This document shows, piece after piece, positions 1 through 9,672 of a DNA stretch of 64,000 nucleotides (the stretch's first letter is position 1; every line of letters starts with the position of its first letter). This stretch comes from Pseudomonadota bacterium. GTDB lineage: Bacteria > Desulfobacterota > Desulfobacteria > Desulfobacterales > JBDRRP01. Under the pieces are notes generated by a model. That model ran no database searches. It was not told the origin of the DNA and saw nothing but the letters and a program-made list of their open reading frames with translations. The translations under genes and the position numbers were made by a program. The DNA is taken from the NCBI GenBank assembly GCA_043825735.1, contig JBDRRP010000112.1, positions 1-64,000 of the forward strand, read 5' to 3'.

Positions 1-48
1 GTTTCCCTCAGGGTGGCCATGTCCGTGGGGGTGTGGTGCTGTGGTCAT
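1..48 (-). CDS. N-terminus of a CDS running off the left edge (MTTAPHPHGHGHPEGN...)
   Basis: ATG at 48 on the minus strand with an AGGAG RBS at 56-60; the frame stays open to the window edge. Confidence 0.6.
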   Translation of the reverse strand, partial: MTTAPHPHGHGHPEGN

Positions 49-74
49 TGAAAGACTCCTTCGGGCAAAGCTGG

Positions 75-360
75 GATCGTTTTGATCGTTTTGATCGTTA
101 GGATCGTTAGGATCGTTGGGATCGTTTAGGTTGTCTGGTCGGATCGTACTGATTGGCCGAAGGCCGCCCTCCGTCGCTCATAATCTGTGAAAATCTGTGT
201 AATCTGTGGATAACCCCCTTCGCAGTTGCTTTTGCCGTTGCGGCGGAGCCGCCGTTTCCATCCGCGTCATCTGTGTAATCTGCGGTTAATTTGCCCTTGC
301 AGTTGCAGTCCGGCCGAAGGCCGCCCCCCTTCGCTTTTAATCTGTGAAAATCCGTGTCGC
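75..360 (-). repeat. Modular intergenic repeat mosaic, copy A: 6x 9-nt GATCGTTNN array, GGCCGAAGGCC hairpins and ATCTGTG triplets
   Basis: Its reverse complement matches 13636-13745 and 2221-2332. Confidence 0.9.
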
Positions 361-508
361 TTTTTAAGCCGTATAGGCGCAATCTGAGGATAAACACCTT
401 TGCCGTTGGTTTTACCGTGTACCGTGCACCTTGCACCCTCCTTGATTTGTCCCCCTGCCTTTAATATGGTTCACATTCCACCACGCCCATCACCAGGGGA
501 GGCCATCT

Positions 509-2020
509 TTGCCACAAACCTACCACGATCAGCGCCCATCATCCGGCAACGGCACTGCCGTTTTTCTCGGCATCCTGGTCTCCCAGTTCGCGGCAACCCT
601 GCTTGTTCGCAGCGCCAATGTAGATCTTCACAAAGAGATGACCGCTATCATCGCCAAGGGCTATGTGGCCGTCCCCTCACCGGGAGTGGTGAAGGACCTG
701 GCCGGCTGGTTCTCAGCATTCATGGGCGGCATCTTTTTCACCGTCACTCTGGGTTTCCTGCTGATTCTCCTGAGCCTCTCCCTCGTGCGGCTGGTGCAGC
801 GCACCCAATGGTCGTTTTCGAGGCGGGTCGCCGTTCTGGCAGCCGTGTGGGCGATCCTCACCATCTTTGTGAACAGCGCTGGATTGAACTCAGGTGCCAC
901 CTTATATGTTTCAGCGGTGGTGGTGACCGTCTTCATTACCAGCGTCGCCGGTCAGCGGACCCTGGACCGAAAAGAGCGGCGTCTCGGCAGGGCATTCATC
1001 GTTTTCGCCCCGCTGATCCTGCTGGCCGGGCTATGGATGACCCGGCTCGATACCGATCTTTTTGTGGACATCCGGGACCGCCTGCTGTTTTCAAACCCGG
1101 TGGGCATCAAGGTGGTAGAATTTTACTACGACTACACCCTCTACGGCGCCCAGGCCATGGCGCCCCTCAGCCAGCACACCATGATCGGTGTCGATCTGAG
1201 CGCTTTGAAAGACGACGAGGATTACCGCGGTTTGGCAGACGCGCTGCGACAAAGAGACGCGCTGGATATCGGGGAGGCGCCGAGTGCTTCGGCAGTGCTG
1301 ACGCCGGAAGGGGAGGGGATCCGCTGGCAGGATGCCACCGGCCGGACCCTCACGGTGAGCAGAAAAGACATCCTTGAGCATCCTGATGTGGTAGTAAAAC
1401 AGTTCTCTGATACGGCCGACCGGAACGGCCCTTTCCGGCTGTTGACCCTGGCCGGGATTTTTATCGGTTTTCCGGTGATGCTTTACCTTGTCTTATTTGC
1501 GGTCATCGAAGGACTGCTTCGGTATATCGCCGGACGAAATGCTGCCATTATAACAGCTCTGGTGTGCCTTAGCACCGGGGCGGCGTTGTTCTACCCCCTG
1601 GCCGCAGCGCCGAAGATTGATTTCGAGAACACCAGCGCCTTTGATCTTTGGAGAGAAGGTTCTCCAGCGGCAAGGATCATGGTTCTAAAGCAGGCCGTCC
1701 AAAAGGGTATCGATCCGCTGCGATACCAGGATGCCGACGCGCTCAGTCAAAGCGCCGGTCTGGCTGAGCGTTACTGGTTTGCCAGGTCTTTGGCCGGAAA
1801 CCGCTCGGATCGGGGGTTCGAGTTGCTGGGGCGCATGATGAATGATCCCAGCCCGCTGGTGCTGTGCCAGGTGTGCTATGCTTTCGGTGAAATGAACAAC
1901 CCGGCGGTCGTGCCGGTGTTGCTGCGGTATATTAAGAATGGCGGGTATTGGTACGCTCAGCGGTATGCGTATGCGGCGTTGAGGAAACTGGGGTGGCTGC
2001 AGGAGGCGCGGTACCGGTAA
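509..2020 (+). CDS. Multi-pass membrane protein with C-terminal HEAT-like repeats
   Basis: 503-aa ORF with several hydrophobic segments and HEAT-like motifs (LGRMMNDPSPLVLCQVCYAFG; YAYAALRKLG). Confidence 0.75.
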   Translation: MPQTYHDQRPSSGNGTAVFLGILVSQFAATLLVRSANVDLHKEMTAIIAKGYVAVPSPGVVKDLAGWFSAFMGGIFFTVTLGFLLILLSLSLVRLVQRTQWSFSRRVAVLAAVWAILTIFVNSAGLNSGATLYVSAVVVTVFITSVAGQRTLDRKERRLGRAFIVFAPLILLAGLWMTRLDTDLFVDIRDRLLFSNPVGIKVVEFYYDYTLYGAQAMAPLSQHTMIGVDLSALKDDEDYRGLADALRQRDALDIGEAPSASAVLTPEGEGIRWQDATGRTLTVSRKDILEHPDVVVKQFSDTADRNGPFRLLTLAGIFIGFPVMLYLVLFAVIEGLLRYIAGRNAAIITALVCLSTGAALFYPLAAAPKIDFENTSAFDLWREGSPAARIMVLKQAVQKGIDPLRYQDADALSQSAGLAERYWFARSLAGNRSDRGFELLGRMMNDPSPLVLCQVCYAFGEMNNPAVVPVLLRYIKNGGYWYAQRYAYAALRKLGWLQEARYR

Positions 2021-2029
2021 AGCGAACAG

Positions 2030-2630
2030 CGTTTTTGGCACGGATTGCACGGATTACGCGGTTAAAGTTATAGGCGGCCTTCGGCCGAACAGCAAAGGCA
2101 ACTACGAAGAAAAATGGGACGCGGATCCTCCTTCGCCAAGGCTACGGCGGACAGGTGAACGCAGATAAACGCTGATATGGAAAAGGGCGGCTTCGCCGCA
2201 ACAGCAAAAGCAACTGCTGGATTAACCACGGATTACACAGATAACGCGGATGGAAAAAGGCGGCTTCGCCGCAACAGCAAAGGCAACTGCGAAGAGGGTT
2301 ATCCACAGATTGCACAGATTTTCACAGATTAACGGCAGAAGGGGGTGGCCTGCGGCCGGGAACGGCCAGAGGACAGTAAACAGATGGCAGACGACAGAAA
2401 GACCGACAAGGCATCCAGGAGCAAACGATCTTAACGCTCCTAACGCTCATAACGGTTTAAACGATCCAAACCCAAAGTCGAGAGCCGCTTTTAACCGGGA
2501 ACCATGAACCTTGAACGCCGCCGAAGGCGGCCTGAACGCGCCTCCGGCGCCAACCGCGACCTGTGCACCTGCCCGAAGGGCAAAACTTTTATGGTGTTCT
2601 CTGCGCCTTGGCGCCTCTGCGCGAGAATGG
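2030..2630 (+). repeat. Modular intergenic repeat mosaic, copy B
   Basis: Recurring units of GGCGGCTTCGCCGC or GGCCTTCGGCC hairpin + AACAGCAAAGGCAACT + CACAGATT triplet, followed by AACGCTC nonamers and GAACC heptamers. Confidence 0.9.
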
Positions 2631-2647
2631 GTTTTTGGTGTTGATCG

Positions 2648-3307
2648 GTGTTTATGAATAATCCTCGCGAAAATCTGCGGCCAATGCCCGCCCTCATCGC
2701 TCTATGCACCGTGGTGGCGCTGGAGATCGCCCTGAGACCGGTGCTGCCTGCCGATGCGACGTTGAGAATGGCTGCAACTGGCGCTCTTCGGGTAGTCGAA
2801 GCGATTGGGATGCTCTGGTGGGTGTCACGATTACCATCCGGGCTTACTGCGATAGGTCTGGACCGTGAGTCCTTTAGTGGGGGCTTACGAACCGGACTGA
2901 TCTGGTCAGCCGTTTTTGCCATAGTAGTCGCTGCCGCAGCAGCAATCATCTATTACGGTTTCAATACCGACCCCAGATCTTTGATTCATGCCGAAGTGCC
3001 CAAAGGCCTTGCGAGGATAGGACTATTCCTCTTCGTCGCTGGTCTTGTGTCCCCAATCGCAGAAGAGATTTTCTTCCGCGGAATCCTTTACAGTGCCCTT
3101 CGAAATTGGGGCGCCGCAATCGCCATCATAGGCTCAACCGCCCTCTTCACCATAGTGCATTCAGGGCCAAGCTTCCCAATCATCCAATGCATCGGAGGAC
3201 TGGTCTTCGCTTGCGCCATCGGAAAAAGCCGCAGTTTGGTATCGCCTATGGTAATCCACATTCTCGGAAACCTGGCGATCTATGGGATTTCAATGATAAG
3301 CGGTTAA
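2648..3307 (+). CDS. CPBP (CAAX/Abi) family intramembrane metalloprotease
   Basis: EEIFFRG, FTIVH and HILGN motifs in a hydrophobic protein. Confidence 0.9.
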   Translation: MFMNNPRENLRPMPALIALCTVVALEIALRPVLPADATLRMAATGALRVVEAIGMLWWVSRLPSGLTAIGLDRESFSGGLRTGLIWSAVFAIVVAAAAAIIYYGFNTDPRSLIHAEVPKGLARIGLFLFVAGLVSPIAEEIFFRGILYSALRNWGAAIAIIGSTALFTIVHSGPSFPIIQCIGGLVFACAIGKSRSLVSPMVIHILGNLAIYGISMISG

Positions 3308-3342
3308 AAGACGCTGGATACAGGGCATTCATGCAGTTTCGG

Positions 3343-3402
3343 TCCTCTGACATCCGACATCTGGTTTCTGCCCCCCGACCTCTGACCTCTGACCTCTGAT
3401 CT
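3343..3402. repeat. Degenerate 7-nt tandem repeat (ACCTCTG)n
   Basis: acatccg acatctg gtttctg ... acctctg x3, between convergent genes. Confidence 0.8.
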
Positions 3403-3414
3403 CGGACAACAGCC

Positions 3415-5985
3415 TCAAGCAGCAACGCGCCGTCTCAAGTTCGGAAACCCACTGATCACAGCAACAATGAGTGCTGCAACATAGGGCATGGCCTGCACCA
3501 GCAAAACGATGACCCACAGGTGCATATCCAGGGTGCTGGTGTTGGGCATGCTGGCGATGGTCGCGGCGGCGGCGAGCATGGCTATGAGGAGCAGGGTTTC
3601 CTCGCGGGCGGCGAGGATGGCGTTTCTGAGGGCCGAGGCGTTGGCCATCTTTGGGGTACGGAAAAAAGGTTTTCCGGTGGTGAACATCCCGGAGAGAACT
3701 GCCTGGGCGATGGTGTGGGATAGGGACAGGCCGGCGATGGCGGCGGATAGGGTTTCACCCAGGGTGGCGACGACTCGGGTGCGGTATAGGTAGAGCACTT
3801 TTCCTATTTTGAAGGAGAACAGCAGCAGGGGCAGGATGGAGAAGATCACCAGCGGGGGATCCACTTTTGTGGGGGCAGCGATCATGGCGAGCGACCAGCC
3901 CAGGGCGGCGATGTTGAAAATGAGATTGGCGCCGTCTGCGAGCCAGGGGATCCAGCCGGCGATGAAGTGGTAGCGCTGGCCGTAAGTCAGGCGGCTGGTG
4001 TCGCGGGTAAACAGAAGGCGCGCGTGGCGGCGAAGGATCTGGACGGCACCGTAGGCCCAGCGAAACCGCTGCTTTTTGTAGTCGGCGAAGGTGTCTGGCA
4101 TGAGGCCCCGGCCGTAGGTGCGAGAGATGTAGGCGGCCTGAAAGCCCTGCTCGAAGATCCTCAGGCCCAGCTCGGCGTCTTCGGTGATGCACCACTCGCC
4201 CCATCCTTTTACAACTTCCAGCGCCTCTCGCCGGATCAACGTCATGGTGCCGTGCTGGATAATGGCGTTTCGCTCGTTTCGCGTGACCATGCCAAGGAAG
4301 AAAAAGCCGCGGTATTCCGAATGACACATGGACTTGAAGGCATTGACACCGTCGTCCCGGTAATCCTGCGGGGCCTGGACGATGCCGATACCGGGGTCTG
4401 CAAACTGCGGCGTCGTGTCCCGCAGCCAGCCGGGTTCAACCACGTAGTCGCTGTCGATGACGCCGATGACGGTGGCGGTCGGGTCGGTCTGGGCGAGGGC
4501 GAAGTTCAGCGCGCCTGCCTTGAAACCGGGCAGCGGGTCCTCGTGAAAGAAGCGAAACCGCGGGCCGAGAAGCTGGCAGTGCGCGGCCACCGGCTCCCAT
4601 ACGGCCGGGTCCTTGGTGTTGTTGTCGATCAGGATGACTTCAAATCTCGGATAGTCCAGGCGGCTTAAGGCGTTTAAGGTCTCGATGAGCATATCCGGAG
4701 GCTCGTTGTAGGCGGGCACGTGGATGGAGACCATGGGCAGGGCGTCGTCGTCGACCTTGACCGGCCGAAACGGGCGCCGCAGCCTGACGAGCCAGCGCGC
4801 CTCGGCCCATTCGTGCGCCTCGGTCAGGAGCACCACGATCACGCCGATCATGCCGAACATCATGACCAGCCCGACAATCACTGTGCCGACGGTGAGATAC
4901 TGGTTGAGGTAATCGTAGACAACCCACACGACGATCGAGGCGGCGGCGAATACCATGAGTGCGAGAAACCCCCGGCCACTGCCGCCCAGGGTCTGGCTGT
5001 CGATCAGCAGCACGCCGAAAGCGATCAGCGCGATGAGCACCGATATGCCGGCGAGCATATACCAGTTGGCGATGGGAACGATGGGCTGGGTGAACGGGAA
5101 CTTGGGCTGGCGCTGGACATTGAAGACCCCCCAGTAGGCGCCTACCGCGCCTTCGGTGTCTTTTTTCCAGGGTTGGTCGAATGCTTCCATGACGTAGCAG
5201 ATATACTTTTCCTGCTGCGCGCGCTTCATAAAGCGGCGAAGGAACATGGCCTGGTTGGCCGGAGAGGCCACCGCAGACATTCGGGTGCGGCCGTGGCTGG
5301 GCCAGCCGACCTCGGCGATTACGATGGGTTTTCCCGGAAACAGCGCCTTGAGAAGGTCCATGCGGTCCACGATATAATCGACAGCGGTGTCGATATGAAC
5401 GCCTTCCCAGTAGGGGAGCATGTGCACGGCGATGTAGTCCACGTGCTTTGTCAGTTCCGGGTGCTTTGTCCAGACATGCCAGGGCTCAGCAGTGCTCACC
5501 GGCACGCTCAGAGCGTCCCGCGCCTGGTCCAGGTAGCCGATCATAACCGCTACAGGCAATTCGCCCCGAAGAAGCACTTCGTTGCCGACCACTGCGCGCA
5601 CGATGTTGGGGCTTTTTCGGCCGATTGCCAGAAACTTGTCAAGGTCTGTCTGATTTTGCTCCAGATCGGCACTGATCCACACCCCCAGGGCCACGTTGAT
5701 GCCATGTCGCCGGGCAATTTCCGGGATTTTGTCCAGTCCTTCTTCGACGGTGTAGGTGCGGATGGCGTGGGTTTTTCCAGTGAGCAGCGATAGATCGGCA
5801 TCGATCTCGGCTTCACTGGGATAGATCTTTTTCAGGGGGCTTTGCCCGGCCCGAAACGGCGAAAAGGAAAAACCCATGATTTGCTGCGGCCAGGCCGGTT
5901 CCTGCTCCGGCCGGTTGGCTAGGGCCCACAGGCCTACTGCCATAACAGAGATGACGGCCGCGATGGCGAAGTTTCCAATTTTCAT
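3415..5985 (-). CDS. ndvB: GH17 + GT2 fusion; NdvB-like cyclic beta-1,3-glucan synthase
   Basis: N-terminal GH17 motifs (VVGNE, IAEVGWPS, EAFDQPWK) and GT2 motifs (KAGALN, DSD, TEDAE, QRFRW). Confidence 0.8.
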   Translation of the reverse strand: MKIGNFAIAAVISVMAVGLWALANRPEQEPAWPQQIMGFSFSPFRAGQSPLKKIYPSEAEIDADLSLLTGKTHAIRTYTVEEGLDKIPEIARRHGINVALGVWISADLEQNQTDLDKFLAIGRKSPNIVRAVVGNEVLLRGELPVAVMIGYLDQARDALSVPVSTAEPWHVWTKHPELTKHVDYIAVHMLPYWEGVHIDTAVDYIVDRMDLLKALFPGKPIVIAEVGWPSHGRTRMSAVASPANQAMFLRRFMKRAQQEKYICYVMEAFDQPWKKDTEGAVGAYWGVFNVQRQPKFPFTQPIVPIANWYMLAGISVLIALIAFGVLLIDSQTLGGSGRGFLALMVFAAASIVVWVVYDYLNQYLTVGTVIVGLVMMFGMIGVIVVLLTEAHEWAEARWLVRLRRPFRPVKVDDDALPMVSIHVPAYNEPPDMLIETLNALSRLDYPRFEVILIDNNTKDPAVWEPVAAHCQLLGPRFRFFHEDPLPGFKAGALNFALAQTDPTATVIGVIDSDYVVEPGWLRDTTPQFADPGIGIVQAPQDYRDDGVNAFKSMCHSEYRGFFFLGMVTRNERNAIIQHGTMTLIRREALEVVKGWGEWCITEDAELGLRIFEQGFQAAYISRTYGRGLMPDTFADYKKQRFRWAYGAVQILRRHARLLFTRDTSRLTYGQRYHFIAGWIPWLADGANLIFNIAALGWSLAMIAAPTKVDPPLVIFSILPLLLFSFKIGKVLYLYRTRVVATLGETLSAAIAGLSLSHTIAQAVLSGMFTTGKPFFRTPKMANASALRNAILAAREETLLLIAMLAAAATIASMPNTSTLDMHLWVIVLLVQAMPYVAALIVAVISGFPNLRRRVAA

Positions 5986-6116
5986 GAATGTGTCGTTCGG
6001 GTGAAAGAGTGGCGTAAGGACAGATGTTTTCTTACAGGCAGTTGATTGATTCAGTCCCCGATGTCTGGCAGTGCCTTATACCCGGGAAAATGCTCAAGAT
6101 GCAAGGCCTTGTATTG

Positions 6117-7248
6117 AGGGGACGTTGTTGACAATTATGTACTTGAATGCTATCTGGTCAATCATTCAGATGTCAGGGGCCGATTTTTACTATGAACACG
6201 CCAAAATCAAGATTGCGTTAACCTCACATAAGGCAAAGCGAATGCCCCGAAAAGCGCGTTTAGATGCCCCCGGAACGCTCCATCACGTGATCATTCGCGG
6301 GATTGAAAAACGAGATATCGTAAAGGGGGACAAGGACCGTGGCGACTTTGTCGGACGTTTAGGCGAGCTGTCGGTAAAGACCGGGAATGCAGTTATGGCG
6401 TGGGCTTTGATGACGAATCATGCGCACATTCTCATAAAGAGCGGAAGCGGCGGTATCTCAGAACTCATGCGGCGGCTGCTGACCGGTTACGCCGTCTCTT
6501 TTAATTTGCGGCATCGTAGAAGCGGGCACTTATTTCAGAATCGCTATAAATCCATTGTGTGCCAAGAGGATGCCTATTTCAAGGAACTGGTTCGTTACAT
6601 TCACTTAAACCCCCTGCGAGCAAAGATGGTGGCCGGTCTCGAGGAGCTTGATAGGTATGAATGGAGCGGTCATTCGGTTCTGATGGGAAAAAACGCGCAG
6701 CCATGGATGCGCATCAATGACGTATTGAAATGGTTTGGGAAAGATGTCGATACGGGCAGGACAAATTACAGAGATTTCGTTATAAGTGGGGTGGATCAGG
6801 GGCGTCGGCCCGAGTTGGTCGGTGGTGGGTTGATCAGATCTTTGGGCGGGTGGAGCGCGGTTAAGGCCATGCGGAAGGCTGGAGGGGATGAATTGTTTGA
6901 TGCGCGGATTCTCGGAGATGGGGACTTTGTCGCTCAGTTGATGGAAGAGACAGGAGCGATCCAAAAGCGGCAGTTCGCTGCAACCGGCGATATCGAATCA
7001 GCCGTTGAATTTATCAAAGCAGAGTGCCACAATCAGCGCGTGTCCTATCAAGCGTTAGTTCAAGGAGGCCGATCCAGAGATGTCACCAGCGTCAGAAAAA
7101 AGCTGGCAGTTGAGCTGAGCAGAAAATATGGCTGGACCAAAGCGGAAACGGCGCGGCAGCTTGGGGTGACGACCACGGCAATATTTAGAATTCTGGAACG
7201 TATTGAGCAAGATCGCCAATAAGTATATAAAAGTAAACAACGTCCCCT
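6117..7248 (+). mobile_element. Y1/RAYT transposase element bounded by inverted repeats
   Basis: AGGGGACGTTGTT at 6117-6129 and AACAACGTCCCCT at 7236-7248 flank the transposase gene. Confidence 0.7.
6242..7222 (+). CDS. REP-associated tyrosine transposase (RAYT; IS200-like Y1 HUH) with C-terminal DnaA-C-like HTH
   Basis: MPRKARLDAPG..HHVIIRG; HUH motif MTNHAH; GHLFQNRYKS; catalytic YIHLNP; C-terminal HTH (AETARQLGVTTTAI). Confidence 0.9.
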   Translation: MPRKARLDAPGTLHHVIIRGIEKRDIVKGDKDRGDFVGRLGELSVKTGNAVMAWALMTNHAHILIKSGSGGISELMRRLLTGYAVSFNLRHRRSGHLFQNRYKSIVCQEDAYFKELVRYIHLNPLRAKMVAGLEELDRYEWSGHSVLMGKNAQPWMRINDVLKWFGKDVDTGRTNYRDFVISGVDQGRRPELVGGGLIRSLGGWSAVKAMRKAGGDELFDARILGDGDFVAQLMEETGAIQKRQFAATGDIESAVEFIKAECHNQRVSYQALVQGGRSRDVTSVRKKLAVELSRKYGWTKAETARQLGVTTTAIFRILERIEQDRQ

Positions 7249-7264
7249 ATTAAGGAGGCATGCT

Positions 7265-8380
7265 ATGGGGCTCTGGGATAAGGTCAAGGGGCAGTTTATC
7301 GATGTCATCGAGTGGGTGGACGACATCGGTGATGCCATCATTTACAAGTTTCCGCGCTATGACAACGAGATCAAGAACGGGGCCCAGCTTATCGTGCGAG
7401 AGAGTCAGGTCGCCGTGTTTTTGCACGAGGGGGAATTGGGGGATATTTTCGGGCCGGGGCGCCATGAGCTGACGACGGCCAACATCCCAGTCCTTACGAC
7501 ACTCAAAAGCTGGAAGTACGGTTTCAACGCGCCGTTCAAGTGCGATGTTTTCTTTGTTTCCATGAAGCAGTTCACCGATCTCAAGTGGGGGACCAAAAAT
7601 CCCATCATGATGCGCGATGCCGAGTTCGGGCCGGTGCGGCTCAGGGCCTTTGGCACCTACTGCATCCAGATCAATGACCCGGGCAAGTTCATCATTCAGA
7701 TCGCCGGCACCGATCAGCTCTTTCAGACCCCGGAGATTACCGGGCAGCTCAGAAACATCCTGGTGAGCCGGTTTTCAGATGCACTGGCCGAGGCCGGGAT
7801 TCCCATGCTGGATCTGGCCGCGCACTATAACGAGGTCGGGGCGCTGCTCCAGGGCAGGCTCCAGCCCGAATTTGACGAGTACGGCATCACCCTCACCAAA
7901 TACCTGATCGAAAACGTTTCGGTGCCAGAGGAAGTCGAGCGCGCTCTGGACAAGCGTACCCAGATGGGCGTCATCGGCAATCTGAGCGCTTATACCCAGT
8001 ATCAGACCGCCGAGGCCATCGAGAAAATGGCGGTAAATCCCAATGCCGGCGGAGGCGGGATGGGCATGATCGCCGGCATCGGCATGGGAAACATCGTGGG
8101 CGGCGCCATGCAGGGCACAGGTCAGCAGCCCCAGCAGCCGGCGCCCCAGGCCGGGCCGCCGCCGCTGCCCACCCAGAGCCAGTGGTACGCCGCCATCAAC
8201 GACCAGCAGGCGGGACCCTTTACCGGGCACCAGGTGCAGGCCATGGTCCAGCAGGGGCAGATCACCCGCGATACCCTGGTGTGGAGACAGGGGATGGCCG
8301 ACTGGGGACCGGCCGGACAGGTCCCGGATATGGCGAGCCTGTTCGGCGCGGTGCCGCCGCCGCTGCCGCCGAAGAAATGA
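7265..8380 (+). CDS. SPFH domain protein (YdjI-like) with C-terminal GYF_2 domain
   Basis: IDVIEW..LIVRESQ, KWGTKNPI..RDAEFG; C-terminal WY..QQAGPF..TLVWRQGMADW; AAGGAGG RBS. Confidence 0.85.
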   Translation: MGLWDKVKGQFIDVIEWVDDIGDAIIYKFPRYDNEIKNGAQLIVRESQVAVFLHEGELGDIFGPGRHELTTANIPVLTTLKSWKYGFNAPFKCDVFFVSMKQFTDLKWGTKNPIMMRDAEFGPVRLRAFGTYCIQINDPGKFIIQIAGTDQLFQTPEITGQLRNILVSRFSDALAEAGIPMLDLAAHYNEVGALLQGRLQPEFDEYGITLTKYLIENVSVPEEVERALDKRTQMGVIGNLSAYTQYQTAEAIEKMAVNPNAGGGGMGMIAGIGMGNIVGGAMQGTGQQPQQPAPQAGPPPLPTQSQWYAAINDQQAGPFTGHQVQAMVQQGQITRDTLVWRQGMADWGPAGQVPDMASLFGAVPPPLPPKK

Positions 8381-8420
8381 AGACAGGGCCGGGAAAACCG
8401 GAAAAGCGAAACTGCCATTA

Positions 8421-8473
8421 TTAACCGCAGATGACGCAGATTGCGCAGATGAGGAAAAAGCGGCTTCGCCGCG
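8421..8473 (+). repeat. Short copy of the modular repeat (CGCAGAT triplet + GCGGCTTCGCCGC hairpin)
   Basis: ttaaccgcagatgacgcagattgcgcagat...gcggcttcgccgc. Confidence 0.8.
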
Positions 8474-8548
8474 AAACATCAAAATATTCTCATTAGCCGT
8501 TTGAAGTATTCGATATGCCATCACGCGCAAACCTGAAAGGAGGGTGTC

Positions 8549-8992
8549 ATGTACAACAAGATCTTGATCCCGCTTGACGGTTCGAAACTGGCTGAAAGTG
8601 CCCTGAAGCATGCCGAGTCTTTGGCGGTCAAGTTCAACGCCAAACTCATTCTGCTACGGGTGGTCAGGCCGCCATCGCTGGTGGGGCGTGAATTCGATGC
8701 CATGGCGCAGTTCCAGGTCGAGCTGGAACTGCAAAAAAGCGAAGCGGTGCGGTATCTGGACGGGTTGAAGGGTACTTTTCGCGAAAAGAAAATCGAGGTC
8801 GACGTTCACGTGGGATTCGGTCCGGTGGTGGCGGAAATCATCGATGCCGCAGAGAGCCAGGCGGTGGATCTGGTGATCATCGCCAGCCATGGCCGAACCG
8901 GCCTTGGGCGGGTATTTTTCGGCAGCGTGGCCTCGGGTGTGCTGAACCGCATCGAACGCCCGTTGATGGTCATTCGCTCTTCAGGGGAATAG
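8549..8992 (+). CDS. Universal stress protein (UspA family)
   Basis: KILIPLDGS...ASHGRTG..FGSVA. Confidence 0.95.
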   Translation: MYNKILIPLDGSKLAESALKHAESLAVKFNAKLILLRVVRPPSLVGREFDAMAQFQVELELQKSEAVRYLDGLKGTFREKKIEVDVHVGFGPVVAEIIDAAESQAVDLVIIASHGRTGLGRVFFGSVASGVLNRIERPLMVIRSSGE

Positions 8993-9267
8993 ACCCAACG
9001 GGCGGCTGCACTGCCTGCTCTCTCCATTACCGGCAGCCACAAGTGCGTCACCTTGTCCATGACGTTTTCGACAGACTGGGGCCGCATGGTGCTCAGCTGC
9101 GACCTATAGACAGACGACTGGATAAGCGCGGGGGCCTCATAAAGACTTGACGAGGCCCGGATGACAGGATAAACGGGCGCCACAATGATCGCCCTGCGGA
9201 CGAGCGGTATCCCGCATTATAAATTCTCCCTCACTCTGGCCGGACTGCCGGCCGATATGGTGGCATC

Positions 9268-9672
9268 ATGCGATGTATTACCAAGTCATTTGCTTTTCAT
9301 GCGGCCCACCGGCTGCGGCACCCGGATCGCACAGACGAAGAAAACCAGGCCGTATTCGGCGTCTGCGCTTTTCCCCATGGGCACACCTACCAACTCCAGG
9401 TCACCCTTGCCGGCACGCCCGACGACAACGGGATGATCCTTCTCTTCGGGAGTCTCAAATCGATTGTTAGCGAGGCGGTGCTTTCGCGCTACGACCACGC
9501 CGATCTCAATGCTCTGCCCGAGTACCAGCGCGTGCCGCCAACGGCCGAAGTCATCGCCGGCCACATCTTTGACGTGCTGGCCCCGCTGCTCACCACCGAT
9601 CGATACCGCCTGCACGAAGTGCGTCTTTACGAGACCCCAACGGCCTGGGCTTCGGTGACTGCCGATGCTTGA
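9268..9672 (+). CDS. queD: 6-carboxytetrahydropterin synthase
   Basis: FHAAHRL, C..PHGHTY, YDH..LN and PTAE motifs; first gene of the que cluster. Confidence 0.9.
   Translation: MRCITKSFAFHAAHRLRHPDRTDEENQAVFGVCAFPHGHTYQLQVTLAGTPDDNGMILLFGSLKSIVSEAVLSRYDHADLNALPEYQRVPPTAEVIAGHIFDVLAPLLTTDRYRLHEVRLYETPTAWASVTADA

Noticed and set aside
107..436. ORFs 107-436, 2250-2507 and 13300-13923 sharing ATAKATAK / HRLHRFSQI / RSQRSQ peptides
   Set aside because: The similarity comes from translating the DNA repeats, in different frames and without an RBS
6071..6241. N-terminal extension of the RAYT ORF
   Set aside because: It crosses the left IR; the family-typical start MPRKAR is at 6242
9000..9267. 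preQ1 riboswitch upstream of queD
   Set aside because: No recognisable preQ1 stem-loop with an A-rich tail; an Rfam search would be needed to exclude it fully
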